DNA of 64,000 nucleotides from Chrysomallon squamiferum. Lineage: Eukaryota; Animalia; Mollusca. The notes under the pieces are model-generated. The model made no database searches. It was not told the origin of the DNA and saw nothing but the letters and a program-made list of their open reading frames with translations. The stretch spans positions 9,052,001-9,116,000 of the forward strand of contig CM022674.1 in NCBI GenBank assembly GCA_012295275.1. The letters are read 5' to 3'. Positions 39,604-54,000 of this stretch are shown here, one piece after another; position 1 is the stretch's first letter, and each line of letters begins with the position of its first letter. The position numbers and the translations under genes are program-made.

Positions 39604-42600
39604 TTTAACAAAGCTTCGATACATTTAGCAATAGAAGTCTGCCATAATAATGCCACCAATAAAACAATTACAATGATTGTAAGAAAGACTACATTTTAGA
39701 GTTGCATCAGTCAGCAACTGTACAAGGGATCCACAACATTAGCACTACACTGAGAACACGTGACAAGAAAATACACAGGATCCCAGTATCACAATAATAT
39801 AGACTTCTCAAATGAATGTGTATGTGCCTAGGGCAAACAAAGAGCACCAAAATGGATTTAGTCACCCACTGCCTACACAGGGGAGTGAACGGGAGGGATA
39901 TACTTTAGTGTTTCTCCTGCTTTCTGGCATTTATTTCATTTTTTGTTTTCAAACTGTAATTTTCAAATAGAAATTTTTATTAAATAAAGAATAATATCAT
40001 CATTACTGTTCATATCTTTTTTCTAACCATAAGATGTTAATATTAAAGTCAAAGTTCCAACAGTTTGCTATTCCATGTCCCAAAAGAATCATTTTATATA
40101 TAAATACCAGAAAGCTGCAACATAGATATTTCACAGGTTAGACCCTAGAAATGTGACATTTTGTTTGTTTTAATTGGAAACCTAATTATGAAAACAGTAT
40201 TCTCTATGGATATAACTTTCCCTCTGATTCAAAATTCTTTTGCAGACTTGTTATTTTCTTACAATTTACCTTAATAGGACTATAAATATATCTGTACACC
40301 AAGTGTAGTTCTGAGAAAGATGATAGCAAATTTAAAATTAATAATTCTTCCTTCCTTTTTCAAAGAAAGAAAAGTTTAGTTGAAAAGGCTTAAAATATTT
40401 TCAGTATATATATAAAATGTTAAAGACAAACTGAGCAACATACAATATACAGAATACAGTCAGAGTTTGAAGGCTTCAGATACTTCACAAAGTGATATTT
40501 CTTATTCATTTGCCACATGCACACACCTAGAGCCATATCTAGTCAAAACATTTTAGAAACAGTAAACAGTCAACTTATCTTGTATTAAAAATTGCTTTTT
40601 ATTTTAGTGTATTCCAATTTCAGTAATTTTATTTAATTTATTTCTTATTTAATTCCAATTTTATTCTATTTTTCAAAGACAAAAATATAAAAAATGCTAA
40701 TTTTATAATGATGTTAAGCATACTGTTAGAAGGGAAACACAGATAATGAAAAATGCAGATCGAATATTGCATGAATAAGCTGCCTCTGAGTTTTACATCT
40801 TGCAAGATGAGTCAGCAATTTATTAACTAGTTTCACATTGCATAAGTCTGTATACGTAATTATCATATGTCTAACTGGCGCCTTCTTTTACTAATATTCT
40901 GAGCAGTTTTCAATTAACAGAAAATATCAACATAATTATTTTTCTTATTTGTAATAATTATTTTTCATACCAATTTCTATTAACACAGTTTTAAAAAAAA
41001 AGAAGTATTTATAAAGAATCATTTAAATTAATTTTAATTACTGATACAGTTGGCTTTTGTAACACATTTACAAGTTTTAGTCTTTTTATTTAGCACAAAA
41101 TATAGAAACTTCAAGCTTTGATTCAACTGACATTAAAAATGTAAAAGATTGTCACAAAATGCATAGTAACAGTGTAAAGCCAGCTTAAGAATGAATATAT
41201 GCAATGCAGTAGTGACAGAAAGAGACCAAGAGGAAATAATTTTAGAAATTATAGCAAAATTTCCACGTATAACTACATAGAACAAGTAAGCCAGTTAGCA
41301 TCTGCTACAAATAGAGCAAGTTTATTTATTTATCTTTTTATCTTTTTTTTTTACTGCTTCTTTTTATTTATAATAATTTTAATATAACTGTAATTGTTTG
41401 CATGTTTTGGATTCAAATTTATAAATAGGAGTAAGTAATCCAATAATAATTTTGACAAAATTTTATTTATAAATGACACCACAGTGAAATAAATTGTTCA
41501 TAAACAAATTATTTATTATAGACTAATTAGAATGACAAATCCTTATTTATACATGGATTTATAAAGCATGAAGCTGTTTGCAGTAAGAATATCAATCATT
41601 ACAGCAGTGATGTGGTTATGGTAATTTTAAATGTTTAGATATGCTTCTTTCATCAAACACATCACTTGAAAGGCACAGTAATTCACTAATGATTTAATCA
41701 TTGTGCTCTAAAACCCTGTAACATGTAACAAAATAGGCACATCTTATTGTACTTTATTTACTTATAACAGAAAATACACAGCTTGTTGACATGTAATGTC
41801 ATATTGTGAATTGTTTTACAAACAATCCACTTTGCTTTGCATATGGTGAATGCTGCCATCTTTAGACATGCTGCCATTATTGTTCAGCTAGCTTAGTAAT
41901 ATCCCACATTAAATTATAGAGCATCTATCTTACTTTAAATTACAGAGCATATATCTTACTTGTAGTAGTAGATTCTATAAATTATAATTGTTTTAAAGAT
42001 ATGTGAATTTATAACATTATATACTGGACTGACATCAGTAATCTGAAGCCTGCAAACTCTGAAAACTTTAGCCAAACTAAATCTAAACTCAGGACAGATT
42101 TAGACCAAGCCATGCTACAAGAAATACCTTTTTTTTCTTTCCATCTCTGAAACTAAGCTGTAGCTTACAATCTAAATCTGGATCTGCTAAACACATTACA
42201 AAAAGTAATATGCCAGTCAAAAGGACAATATCAAAGTTACTATATTTTTTACATTTTTGTCCATACAGATTTCTGTAACAGTATTCAGTTTCTAACTTTG
42301 ATATTGTCCCTTTAAAAGGAAAAAACAAAAGAGAGAAGCTCAAACTTCACTAAATAAGTGCCCCTTTAAGAGACGAAGATTAGCAAATCTCAAACAGTAA
42401 TAACATTTTAAACACTGGCTAGTCATCATTATCTAATACACAAACAAAACAGGTGCAACAATATTTGAAAAAACTTTACATTTAACACAATTTTAAAATG
42501 GTTACTGTACAGTATCTCCAACGAACTATCAACAGATATAACAACAAAATGAGCTGTTATACACAAATTACATGTATAGATATGTCACATGAAAAGTACA

Positions 42601-45600
42601 ATGCTTGACTAAACTTTTTATTTCAGTTTACAAAGTTTTTCTTGAGTGGCTCTCTTTTGTTGACATCACAATAGATTTATATTTAGTAAAACAGTTAAAG
42701 CTAAGACAAGTTGTGCCTATACTGAAATGTATCATTAATAATACCTACAAAGGTATTAAAACTATTATACATCAATTAATGTTTTCAACAAGACTTTCCT
42801 GTGATTGTAAATGATACAAGATTTGCTTGGACTACCTCAGTGATTGCAATGCCTGCAGTTTCTGTAGTGAGACTTGGTGCAATGATCATGGCAGTTCTAT
42901 GTCTGCACTAATCAAACAACCACCTGGGTTTCCTCTTACTTCTGTCTTACTGGAAGTAAGGAGATTCCTGGACATGTGATTATTTCTAGAACAGCACTGA
43001 CTTTATTTCTAAATTAGAAAGGAGACATTTTTAAACAATTCAGAAAAAGAAGGTGTTAGTATGAATACTAAAATAGAAAAAAATGTGTATTATGAAATGT
43101 TAAATGTTATTGCAATGAATACAGAGGAACATAGCTACATGGTAAGCATTTATGTTAGACATTTTGACAATATGATGCAATACATTTTGAACAATATATG
43201 TTAAAATGTTTAACAAGCTCATGTTACACACTTTAGCATATAACATGAACTTGATATTACATTATTAAATAACAAATGATGCATGTTTAGCATGAGTTCA
43301 GTGGTAAGTGTCATGCTATAGACAAAGCGTAACATATGGCAAATATGTTACAAATGTCAAACATGATAGTAAATACGTTTTGTCACATGTGCAAGAAACA
43401 GCAACCATATTTTGATTAAGACCAGTTTTCTATGTAAATTATAATCTTAAATAAAATATGCTTGTGCATACTAAACCTTCTTTTTGAAGCTTCAATTTTA
43501 AGAAATTTTTAAAAGTTTCAATATGTTTCTGAGGATATCCGTTTATAAGACAATTTAAAAATTAAAACAAATGGAAGTGGATTGTAAAACATAGTAACAA
43601 ATGTCAAATACATCAATATTATAGATCTGCTTGTACTGTGAAAAATGTTGTGTTAGATATCTACATATACTAACAGCCTATGTGTAATACAACATGTACA
43701 TAAACTTCATCAAGTATGTTTGATATACAACATCAGATTTATATATACATATACATGTCAGAAACAACAAAGTTAGTTATGTGAACAGCACAACCAAGGC
43801 AATCACAACAAACTATGTCGTTGTCTTGGAAACAATTATTTGCCATCAAGTAACACAACTGTACACAACTAACAGTCACAATGTACAGACATGTAGTTAC
43901 AAACTCTGTAACACACTGACAACAACTAGTGTTTTGGTGTAATAACAGAAATAACTAAACATTTTGAAACATCAAATTTTGTAACACTGGTTTTATCTGT
44001 GTCACTTTTACAGTTTTTAGCAATGTAAGGCTGCTGACTAAGACATTAGAATAAATATTTCATTTTTTCTGTTGCTGTATTAACTCGCACAATATTCTGT
44101 TATTCAGTCCAGAAAACACTTCAATTTTCGCTTATTTTAATGAGTATCTAATCAGAAATATGGAAAGCTGCATTATTCAGATTTACTTTAGCCATTAGAC
44201 ACAAAATAGAAACTATTTTTGACTTTGATTATTTAAATATGAAGATTTCATTTAGAATGATGAATATGAATCTCCATGGTACTTAAATAAATAAATAAAT
44301 AAATATAAATAGCTACTATGGAAAATGTTTGGACAGTAACAAAGTTATTAAACTTATTTGATAGAGTTATGTGCCTTGATAAAAAATCTGGTTTTTAAAC
44401 AATTCATAAAAGATTGAGTACATTTTAAATTAAAAATAAAATATGGAGAAAGCAATCATTTGTTTATTCTCATAAGTTTCATTTTCTTTTTTCTTTTCAT
44501 AAATATAGATGAAATGATAATTATAATACTATTTTGATTTTATTACTTTTCTGTAAAGAATAAATCTAAAACATAATTTTGATTAGTTCAGCAAAGTATT
44601 AGAATGAAAATATTTAATTTGAATTTTACTTTATTATTATTACTAATAGTAGTTCCACATTTTTCTGTGTATTTACAGTGGAGTAAAATCAAAATTTCAC
44701 AGCTATATCTACAAACATGTATTAACACTGCAGAAAAATTAAATAAAATTTTTAAATGAAGAATGGAAACTATAAACATCTCCCTCCCAGATATGAATCT
44801 TATTCAAAATTCAACAATAACACAAACAAAACAATATTAAACATTAAAAATACAAATATGGGTAAAAAAAAAAAAAGGAGAACTAGCACATACACCATGC
44901 ATATCTTTTAATTGATACTTGATAACAAAAAAATATTGATTCTTTTGTAACTGATTGTGGTTTTTTTTTTCTCATTCTGTTTTTGTTTCTTTCAAATCAT
45001 TTAAAAAATGGAAAATACAAACTATACAACTCAACTCTGAATAGTTCACATTTTCTCAACATTATCTGAAATGACAAATACATGAAAATTACTATTTTCA
45101 AATTTTGATTTGTTTGGGCATTAAAAACAGAATAACTATATTTTGTTTTAAATACATTTTAACAAAATAAATTAAAAACAATTATAAATATATTAAATCA
45201 AAAGTTTTAAGTGTATTGACTTATTAGGGAATGGCAGAAACTAATAGTGTTGTAATAAAATTTTGTTGCAATAATCAGCCAGACAAATTAAACTGTAAAT
45301 ACATGCACATTTGATATATTCTGTATACGACTCAAAAAATAGAAGACTGGTCATATAAAAATGTTTCTGTTTCAGACCGTATCTGGTTTCTGAACAACAA
45401 TTTAAAAGTTGAATTCTGTTGAATCAATTTTTTTCACAACCAGGGTTATTGGTTTTGATACATTTTATTCCAGATAGCTATTTGATTTCAACTTGATGAA
45501 AAAAATCAGTATCTACTGGTTTCTTTGTTTTATATGAAAAACACCTGTGCCCAAAAAGTATATTTTGCACAAAACATTCACTGAAAAATTATACAAAATA

Positions 45601-47074
45601 ATAAAAAAATGAAATAAAACCTTATCCCTACTAAAAGTTTCATTACAGAACAGGTGAATTAATAATGAGCTTGCAGTGTGGTGCTGCTGTTCAGTATTTA
45701 CACAAGTATGTTTAATGATGAAATTTCAATGATTAAAATGATCACCGGTTATAATGTCATGTCTCTGTGATACTAAAAAAATAAAAAAATGATAATATTA
45801 TCAATGACTGAAAATTTGCTAAAAAAACAGAAATAAAAACCTAAATTGTACTTTCCTCATTTTTTTTTTTTTTTTTTTACAAATTAATAATAAAATTTTA
45901 GTTATTATTATTTTTTTTTTTTTTTCTCTCATTATTGTTTTGTTTGGAATTTTTTTTTTTATATTTATTTATTTTTTTTTTTTTTTTTTTTTACACCTAC
46001 CATCAGGTTTAACTGTTAGAACAAATGACAAATTGTGAAACAAATCTTTTTTCTTTTCTTTCTTAAACTAAACTTAAAAAAAGAAAAATATATCTAACAG
46101 AAATCTATCTGGTGATAAAAGTGCACACAAGACAGTATAAAACATTAAAGAACTGTTAAATTTAAATGTGAGTTAAATCAATTACTGGCCTCAAATTATA
46201 GAATCTGAGTAATATGTTACAGATGGCCTCAGTACACCAGGGCAACTGTACTAAAACATTTCTACTAAAAAAAATCTTTTTTCAGTTGTGTGCAAATGGT
46301 TAAGGATAAAAAGTTATTATTATTTTTCTTTCTGAAGATAAACAATTTTTATATGTATATATGTACGTAATGATTTAAAACTGTTTTTAAAATGTCACAA
46401 CATTATCATACATTAAATAAAATTAATTAATACAACCACAAGTAGTTCGTTCATATCGAATATGATCTCCGAACATTAATTTTTCTTAACAAACATGATT
46501 TCAATTGAACAATAAACATGAATGAGTTGTTTTATCGTAAACACATTTTAATGCAAGTTGCTAAATGACAAAGGTTGTCAAAGAACTTATGATAAAAACT
46601 TAACTAACACACAAAAAATTAATTTCTCATCATTAATACATTAAAACATAATAAAATGTTAAACAACCAGTTTCCATAATGGTAAACAAAGATGACATGA
46701 TATTTGAAAGTATTTTGAAGTGTCAGTTGTTTAATATGAAGAACACAAAAAACCAAAGTTTTAAAATAAATGTTCATCCGGACCAGGCTTCAAGCAAAAG
46801 CTTCATTAAATTAAAAATGACATTTGAGTTCAACTTCACTCATGCCAGAAGAATAATGTTTATAACAACTTCACTTGTGTCATCATAATGTCTAACTTCA
46901 TTTATGTCACACCAAACTGATATATGGACTTCACTTATGCCATATTAGAAATCCAAGTTCAATTCAATCCATGCTGCCATTCACAATATCTGGCTTGGCT
47001 GTCCAGACATCCTGTGTAGTAGTTGTAGTTGTAGCTGTTGTGGTATTGTGCTGGCAGGTCAGAGTGAAAGGAAA

Positions 47075-48025
47075 TCATGTGAGCCGAGAGCCTGTGGTGC
47101 ATGTTGGTGTGAAACTTGGCATCTGCTGTGATGCGTAGTTTTTGATGTGCTGAAGACTGAGCAGGCTGTTAGCAATCATGCTGTCCCGACTTGTCATTGG
47201 AACATTCAGGTTCCGCTCCTGGGGATCCGTCTTGCGGAATCCAATTGGGTCATATGGGAAGTATCGGGGAGATGCCATGGAGGAGATGTGGGGTAAGGGT
47301 GAGCTGAGGCTGTTGGCACTCAAGCTAGGACCATAAGGATAACTTGGGCTGCTGCTACTGCTGCTGACATTAGGGGCAAATTGTGTGAGAGGCATGAAAG
47401 CCGAGGACACACTCTTGTTGCACTGTGGACCTAGTGGGATGTCCTGTGGCTTGTCAGCTAATCGTCCATAGTCACGTTCTCCAGGATCCATGGGCTCTGT
47501 CTTGATTGGTCGAGTTATGACCTTTTTGCCATCTGTTTGGTGTTTGACCATGTGTCGAGTGAGATATGTCTCTTGAGTGTACGACTTACCACAAATGTGA
47601 CAGATATGAGTTTTCAAGTGCTTGGTGTCAGAGTGTTTGGGAATATGTTCTCGTAAACTATTCTCATCAGCATAACACTTGTAACATGAGTTACAGCGGA
47701 AAGGCTTATCAGTCATGTGACTGCGCGAGTGTGACTGCAGGTTGGAGAGTTGGGAAAAGGCCTTGCCACAGCCTGGGTGCATGCACTTGTATGGCTTCTC
47801 ACCAGTGTGAGTGCGAATGTGTTGCTGAAGGTGAGACAACTGAGTGAACTTTCGCTCACAGATCTCACACTTGTATGGCTTGATGCCAGAGTGGATCCGA
47901 GCATGTTGGGATAAGTACGATGAGTTGGCAAAACATTTTGAGCATGTTGGACATTTGTAAGGCTTGGGGTCCTGTTTGTGGATTTGTTGGCAGTGTATGA
48001 GCATGTCCGACTTGGTAGTGAAGAT
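47075..48025 (-). CDS. rn: Zinc-finger gene terminal exon (end of finger 1, fingers 2-6, C-terminus)
   Basis: tttttcag|ATCTTC; IFTTKSDMLIHCQQIH...GSRLT-TGA. Confidence 0.96.
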   Translation of the reverse strand: MFTTKSDMLIHCQQIHKQDPKPYKCPTCSKCFANSSYLSQHARIHSGIKPYKCEICERKFTQLSHLQQHIRTHTGEKPYKCMHPGCGKAFSQLSNLQSHSRSHMTDKPFRCNSCYKCYADENSLREHIPKHSDTKHLKTHICHICGKSYTQETYLTRHMVKHQTDGKKVITRPIKTEPMDPGERDYGRLADKPQDIPLGPQCNKSVSSAFMPLTQFAPNVSSSSSSPSYPYGPSLSANSLSSPLPHISSMASPRYFPYDPIGFRKTDPQERNLNVPMTSRDSMIANSLLSLQHIKNYASQQMPSFTPTCTTGSRLT

Positions 48026-51000
48026 CTGAAAAACATGATAAAAATGTGGTATTTATATATATTGTTAAGAATAGATTTTAAAAGGGTTTTTTAACAAAAA
48101 CAAACTAAAAAAGATTTATTTGAAACAACTATATTTCAAAAAAGAGCTAAAAAAATAATAATAATAATAATTCAAATCAACAATAAAAAGGAAGACCAGA
48201 AAAGTTTAATTACTTAGAAAACATTTAGACAAATAAATATTAAAATATGTGTATTCTATCTGGGTATGGGTTTGATTAGTGGATTATTTTTTTAAATATT
48301 TAGAAATTCAAATATAAATACTAATCTAGAATTTTGTTTTAGGTCATAAATGTTATATTTTTTAAATAAAATTATTTATATTTCAAAATTTAATCTGAAC
48401 TGTAGTAAAGTATAGGGTGGGTTCTGTGTTCATAATACACTATTGCAGTGAAGATGTTCATTTAATCATAATTTATTCTGTATTTAGATTTAATAATTAA
48501 TTTTATTTCTGACAATAAGAAAACAAATGATCACTTTTTTATTTATTTATTGTGTTTTTTTACATTGTTACAAAAAAAAAAAAATGCCTTATTTCTTTAA
48601 ATTGATTCTACTTATATCAAAAAAATTATAAAATGAATGTATCAATAAAATGCAAAACCAATGTAATTTAAGAAATTTTAGTTTGAGATTATTTTAACAT
48701 TGTATTCACATTTTTTATAAATAATGTTTGTAAATCATTTAAATTTTATTGGTGTTTGTGTTATTTGTTTTTTTTTAATCTCATTAATAACTGAGGCTGT
48801 CTGCTGAATGTGTTTGTTAACACATAAAAAATATATAAATACTAAAACTACTAATTCAGGAGAGAAACAATTTATCTCTGTCTCACATTCATTCTGTAAA
48901 CACAAATGTAATTAAAATATTTCAACAATAAATATTCATTAAAAATTAAGCATATTTGATTATAATGAGGAAATAGCAGTATTAATATTTAAATAAATTT
49001 AAGCTGTACTTAGCTTAGTGCATATGTTCTTGATGTAATAAAACCAAGGGCAAATTATCATGACAAAATGGTTTGGTGTAAAAAGAAAATAATAATAAAA
49101 AATGATTAGAAACACTATACATATATAAAAAAAAGGTTTACCCTATTTAAATTAATGCTTTAAAATTGTATTCTGTTGACATTTATAACTTTAATGATAA
49201 TAACATTTTATTTGAACAAACTTTTTGTGTTATCTACAATTAAAATTTATTTATTTATAAATTTAATGAACATACATACACACATACTTGTTATTTTCAC
49301 AGAGACTGTTATTATATATAGCTAATAATAGGTAGATAATACTTCATTATGTTATTATTTTTATTACGAAAATCGTGAAATACACTCATTGCACAAGCAT
49401 ATTTTAAATATTCATGTTTAACACTCTATAATGTAAGGCACACCTGAAAGAGACTAATAGTTTAGCAAATTTCATTAGTCCTCCAAAACATTTTTATTAA
49501 CTCTTGTTTCATATATTATGAATTTTCAAGCATGGTTAAAATGGAAATACATCATTTTGTAATGCTGTCTTATTAGTTATTTGTTTTAAAAGACAACAAT
49601 CAGAAAATATTTTTATAAGTTTGATTCCTGATAGTTTATTTTCTAAATTTTACCATTACAATAATCAAAACAAACATTTCATTAAGCTTGTTGCCACTGC
49701 AGTCTCAAAGCAAAACAATCCAATGGTCTGATGTGTAAACAAGTCACTGTAAACAGTCATCAAGTGGATTATTATTATACATCAAATGTTATGTAGCTAA
49801 TGCGAAGTTTCACAAATGAATTTTGGTAAATAAAGACATTTCCTATAAACTGTGTCGATACAACTTTTTCCAGATGGTTTGAAATCTATATTAATCCAGA
49901 TTCTAAATCTTGTTTTGTATTATCAGAAGCATAAGTTATTAATTTTCCTTTCAATTTTATTATCTGTTTATTTATTTGTTTTTCATATATTCACTGTCAC
50001 TCTTTCATTATAGACCATCATCTTATTTGTTGATGAGAGAACAATATTAACAATAAAGAATAAAACAGAAAAATGATCAGCATTCGAAAATTTACATTGC
50101 TATAATTATATGATAACATATATGTAACAATTTTTTTTACCAACATACTGATAATCAAAATACTTAACAAAATAAATAATCAAGATGCAACTAAATATCA
50201 ATAAATTATACTATATCTACTAATACAAAAACGTTTATAAAAAGAAAATGGTTTAATTTATTCCAAATTTATATTATTCATATAGGTATAATAAAAATGT
50301 TTACACTAACATGTGGATAATAAAAATGTTTAGATTAACATGTGGATAATAAAAATGTTTACACTAACATGTGGATAATAAAATGTTTACACTGACATGT
50401 GGATAATAAAAATGTTTAGATTAACATGTGGATAATAAAATTGTTTAGATTAACATGTGGACAATAAAAATTGTTTACACTAATGTGGATAATAAAAATG
50501 TTTACACTAATGTGGATAATAAAATTGTTTACACTAATGTGGATAATAAAATTGTTTACACTAATGTGGATAATAAAAATGTTTACACTAATGTGGATAA
50601 TGAAATTGTTTACACTAATGTGGATAATAAAATTGTTTACACTAATGTGGATAATAAAATTGTTTACACTAACGTGGATAATAAAAATGTTTACACTAAT
50701 GTGGATAATAAAAATGTTTACACTAATGTGGATAATTAAAATCTTTACCTGATCGCACATCTTACACTGGTATGTCTTGTTAGCCCGGCTGGGTTTAACA
50801 GGTTGGGGGACAACCAGTGGGGTGTTTGGTGTGTGTGTTGGTGTTGATGTGTTGCTAAGGCTGCCAGAGCTGCTGCCCTTGCCATAGCTGCCAGTGCTAT
50901 TTGTACTTGCACGATGCATGTCCTGCACATGATTGATGTTCTCTTGGTTGTTCAGACTACCTCCACCACCTCCACCACCACCAGCTGTCAAAACAATTTT

Positions 51001-54000
51001 TAATTAATTATAATTTGTGTTTTAATATCTTCTTAATATATTTGGCTATATCTGTATTTCTCAGCAAAATGTGTTTGCTTGTACCTCCCAAACAGCCATA
51101 ATGCATTGCAAATGGCCTGCAAAATTAAGAAATCTCACATATAAGGTAATCTAGAATTAAAAAAAAGAAATTATGATTATTCTGTAAAATACATTGCTTC
51201 ATGATGGCACCATCTTTTTGAAAAAAAAATTCCTTAAATTCAGTTGATGTTTAATCCAAAACAAAACAACTATAAAATAAATGAAAATATATCTGTGTTG
51301 AAAATGAGCAATGTTCTTTACTTTTCACATCCAAATTTCATTTATTCTTTTACATCTTTAATTCAGTAGCTGCAAGGACCTATAAAATCATCTCAAAAAA
51401 CAAACAAAAAACATCAACAAGAAAACAACAAGAAAACAGAACAAAAAAATCAAACAAAAAGTTAAGCAGACAATTCAGTAAATTGGGAAATCTATTGATG
51501 TGTAGGGTTTTAGTAAAAAACAGAAAGCTCAAGATGTTATGCTGTGGTTTGTCTATGGAATGTTAAACTATATCAAATGTTTGGTAACTAAACAAAATTA
51601 ACAGATTAACTGATATCAGCTTCACAAACAAGTTTCCAGACAGTGTTAACAGCAGAGATATTAATTAGCTCAGTTTAAAAAATGTTTTCAATGGATGTAA
51701 CTATCATTGCTTAGTGCAGTAAAATCAATATGTTGTTACCTGTCTGGCATCAATTTGGAGTTGTATGATATATCGCTCAGTGTTTGGATTGTGCTGGTGA
51801 GATCAGTAGTGATGTTGAACACTGGACAATTATTGGTAGTTTGACCAAGACAAGTGTTGTCTCTGTGTTTTTTAATGTGTACTGTAAGTCATCTGGGTGG
51901 GAGTATGCAGTTACAAATAGTTTCTCTGCTGTATATAATTTAGTACATTCAATGTCTGTTTCTTCTACCATATACCATGTCTGTTGGGTCTGTATTATTT
52001 ATACATCTGCTGTTTTCTACACTAAACAATCTGTTTGTTTTTTTACAGACAAATTCTCTGTGTTTTTCTGCATTGTATATATTCAACACAAGCATTTCAC
52101 ATTTAAAGAGTAGTTAATAGACCTGTGGTAATATTTTATTTGATATCATATACTTCTACATTGTAACTATAAATAATGTACTTATTTTACATCTGCATAT
52201 TAGTATATTTAAAACTAATGCACGTATCATATTTCACTTCTATGAACTAGCTAAGTCTAGTAAATTTTCATCTACACGGTTTAATAGTTTATGTTTAAAT
52301 TTTTATGGATATTTATATTCACTTAATTAGATTCTTATCTATTTTTTTACTTATTTAAATTAGAAACTTAAAAATAATAATAATAATAATATAAAAAAAA
52401 TAATAATAATAAAAATAAAATAAAATAAAATAAAATAAAAATAAATAATAATAAAAACAAACTCAAATAAATTAATCAACAATGAACTGAAAACAGTAAC
52501 AATATTAATAACTGCTCATTTTAACTTCACATTAAAATCATATTTTGTTTAAAGTCTTAAATAGCTCAACTGTCATCCCATACTCTATTCATAATGTTAA
52601 AGGCAGGTTGAATATTGGTTTGTGGAGGTTTCAGTTCAGTTCCTCTAAGGTTGTTGACATTTTTGTCTTTCCACCCTCAACTCCAATCTGCTTCATTTAA
52701 AGACATTTCATTTCACTACAGAGGTTCTATTGCCATCCAGTTTTAAAGCATTTCAATAATGTACAACAGCCAGGTATGTTGATTATATGCTTACACTGAC
52801 TATTCTGTCATAACTCACTGCTGTGCTCACTAAAGATACTTATGTATTTTATAATTAATACAAATTAATACAAATCATTGTAGAGATTTATCAAGTGGAA
52901 TATTATTCTATGTATTGTATTATTATTAAGGTATTAATTACAACAGATACACAAAACATTATATGCAATGGATAAACCAAGTGCAACAAAACTTAAAAAT
53001 GAAGAGTGTTTAAGCCTTACATCTGACTGTTACTTGAACTCAACACAGCCCAATGTACATGTTAGATAGACCTTTGTCTTTTTATCAAAATTGGACAGTA
53101 AAAGCATATAAAAAATATGTATAATCACATGCTTCATTCTGATAAAGTTTCAGTTTATGTTGTCTTTTTTTCTTTTCTATATTAATATTTCTTTTAGCTA
53201 AAAAGAAACACTTAAGACAAAGCACAATAAATCTGTATTTGAAAAATATTTTACATTTAATTAATAAAACCATAATAATTGTTATCATTATACAGGTGCA
53301 GTGTCTATGCCTGTACTATTCGTAACTTGCTTTTATTTCTTAAACTTGTTTCCATCCAACAATCACAGACAAACAGTCTGTTTGTAATAGAAATCCAAAT
53401 TCCAAATAAATAAGAATTGGGATAAATTATTATATAATAATAATCTTTGATAGGAATATTATTTCTGTACAATGGAGTACTGGGATATATTGGTACATGA
53501 TCATTTTGATCCAGGTAATAAAATGTCCAATCACATAAAATCTGTCATGCAACAAAAAACATTTAAATATTTTTTTGTGTGAGAAATGTTATTATAGAAA
53601 ACATTTAGTGCCATAAGCAAGTACAAGTAGTGAATTCTGTTGTTTTCTTAGTAACACATGAGACAAGCTACTTGTCGTCATATGACACCTACCATTACAT
53701 ATAATTCAGTTTACAGCTCTGACCAACTGTTGTTATTATTATGGTAAAATTACAAATATTTTGTTATTCTTTGGTTATAGTCATGGTGCAATTATCCTCA
53801 CATTCTCTTTTTGTTGGATGTTACTATTATTATTTATAGAAGTTGCAGTTTCTCCTATAGACTTATCATATTGTTTATAGTTCTGAGTTGGATATTTTTT
53901 GGTTTTGGTTTTCTTTTTGTACTGTTGCGGTAGGATGTTATGATTGCATGAGATTAACCATAGTTTTGGTTGTGATTAGACTTACACTAATCTGATAATA

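Noticed and set aside
42831-42840. let-7 seed-like CTACCTCA near a LIN-29-family gene
   Set aside because: The site is on the plus strand, antisense to the zinc-finger mRNA and beyond the DUR3 poly(A) site. The minus strand matches only 9 nt of let-7 and I saw no hairpin.
47566-48036. Overlapping alternative-frame and antisense ORFs in the zinc-finger exon
   Set aside because: Expected by-products of GC-richer coding sequence.
51740-51971. Donor-like CAG|gtaaca at 51740 and ORF 51777..51971 as an extra zinc-finger exon
   Set aside because: There is an in-frame TGA just upstream in the required phase and no clear acceptor. It could only be a non-coding alternative first exon, which is unsupported.
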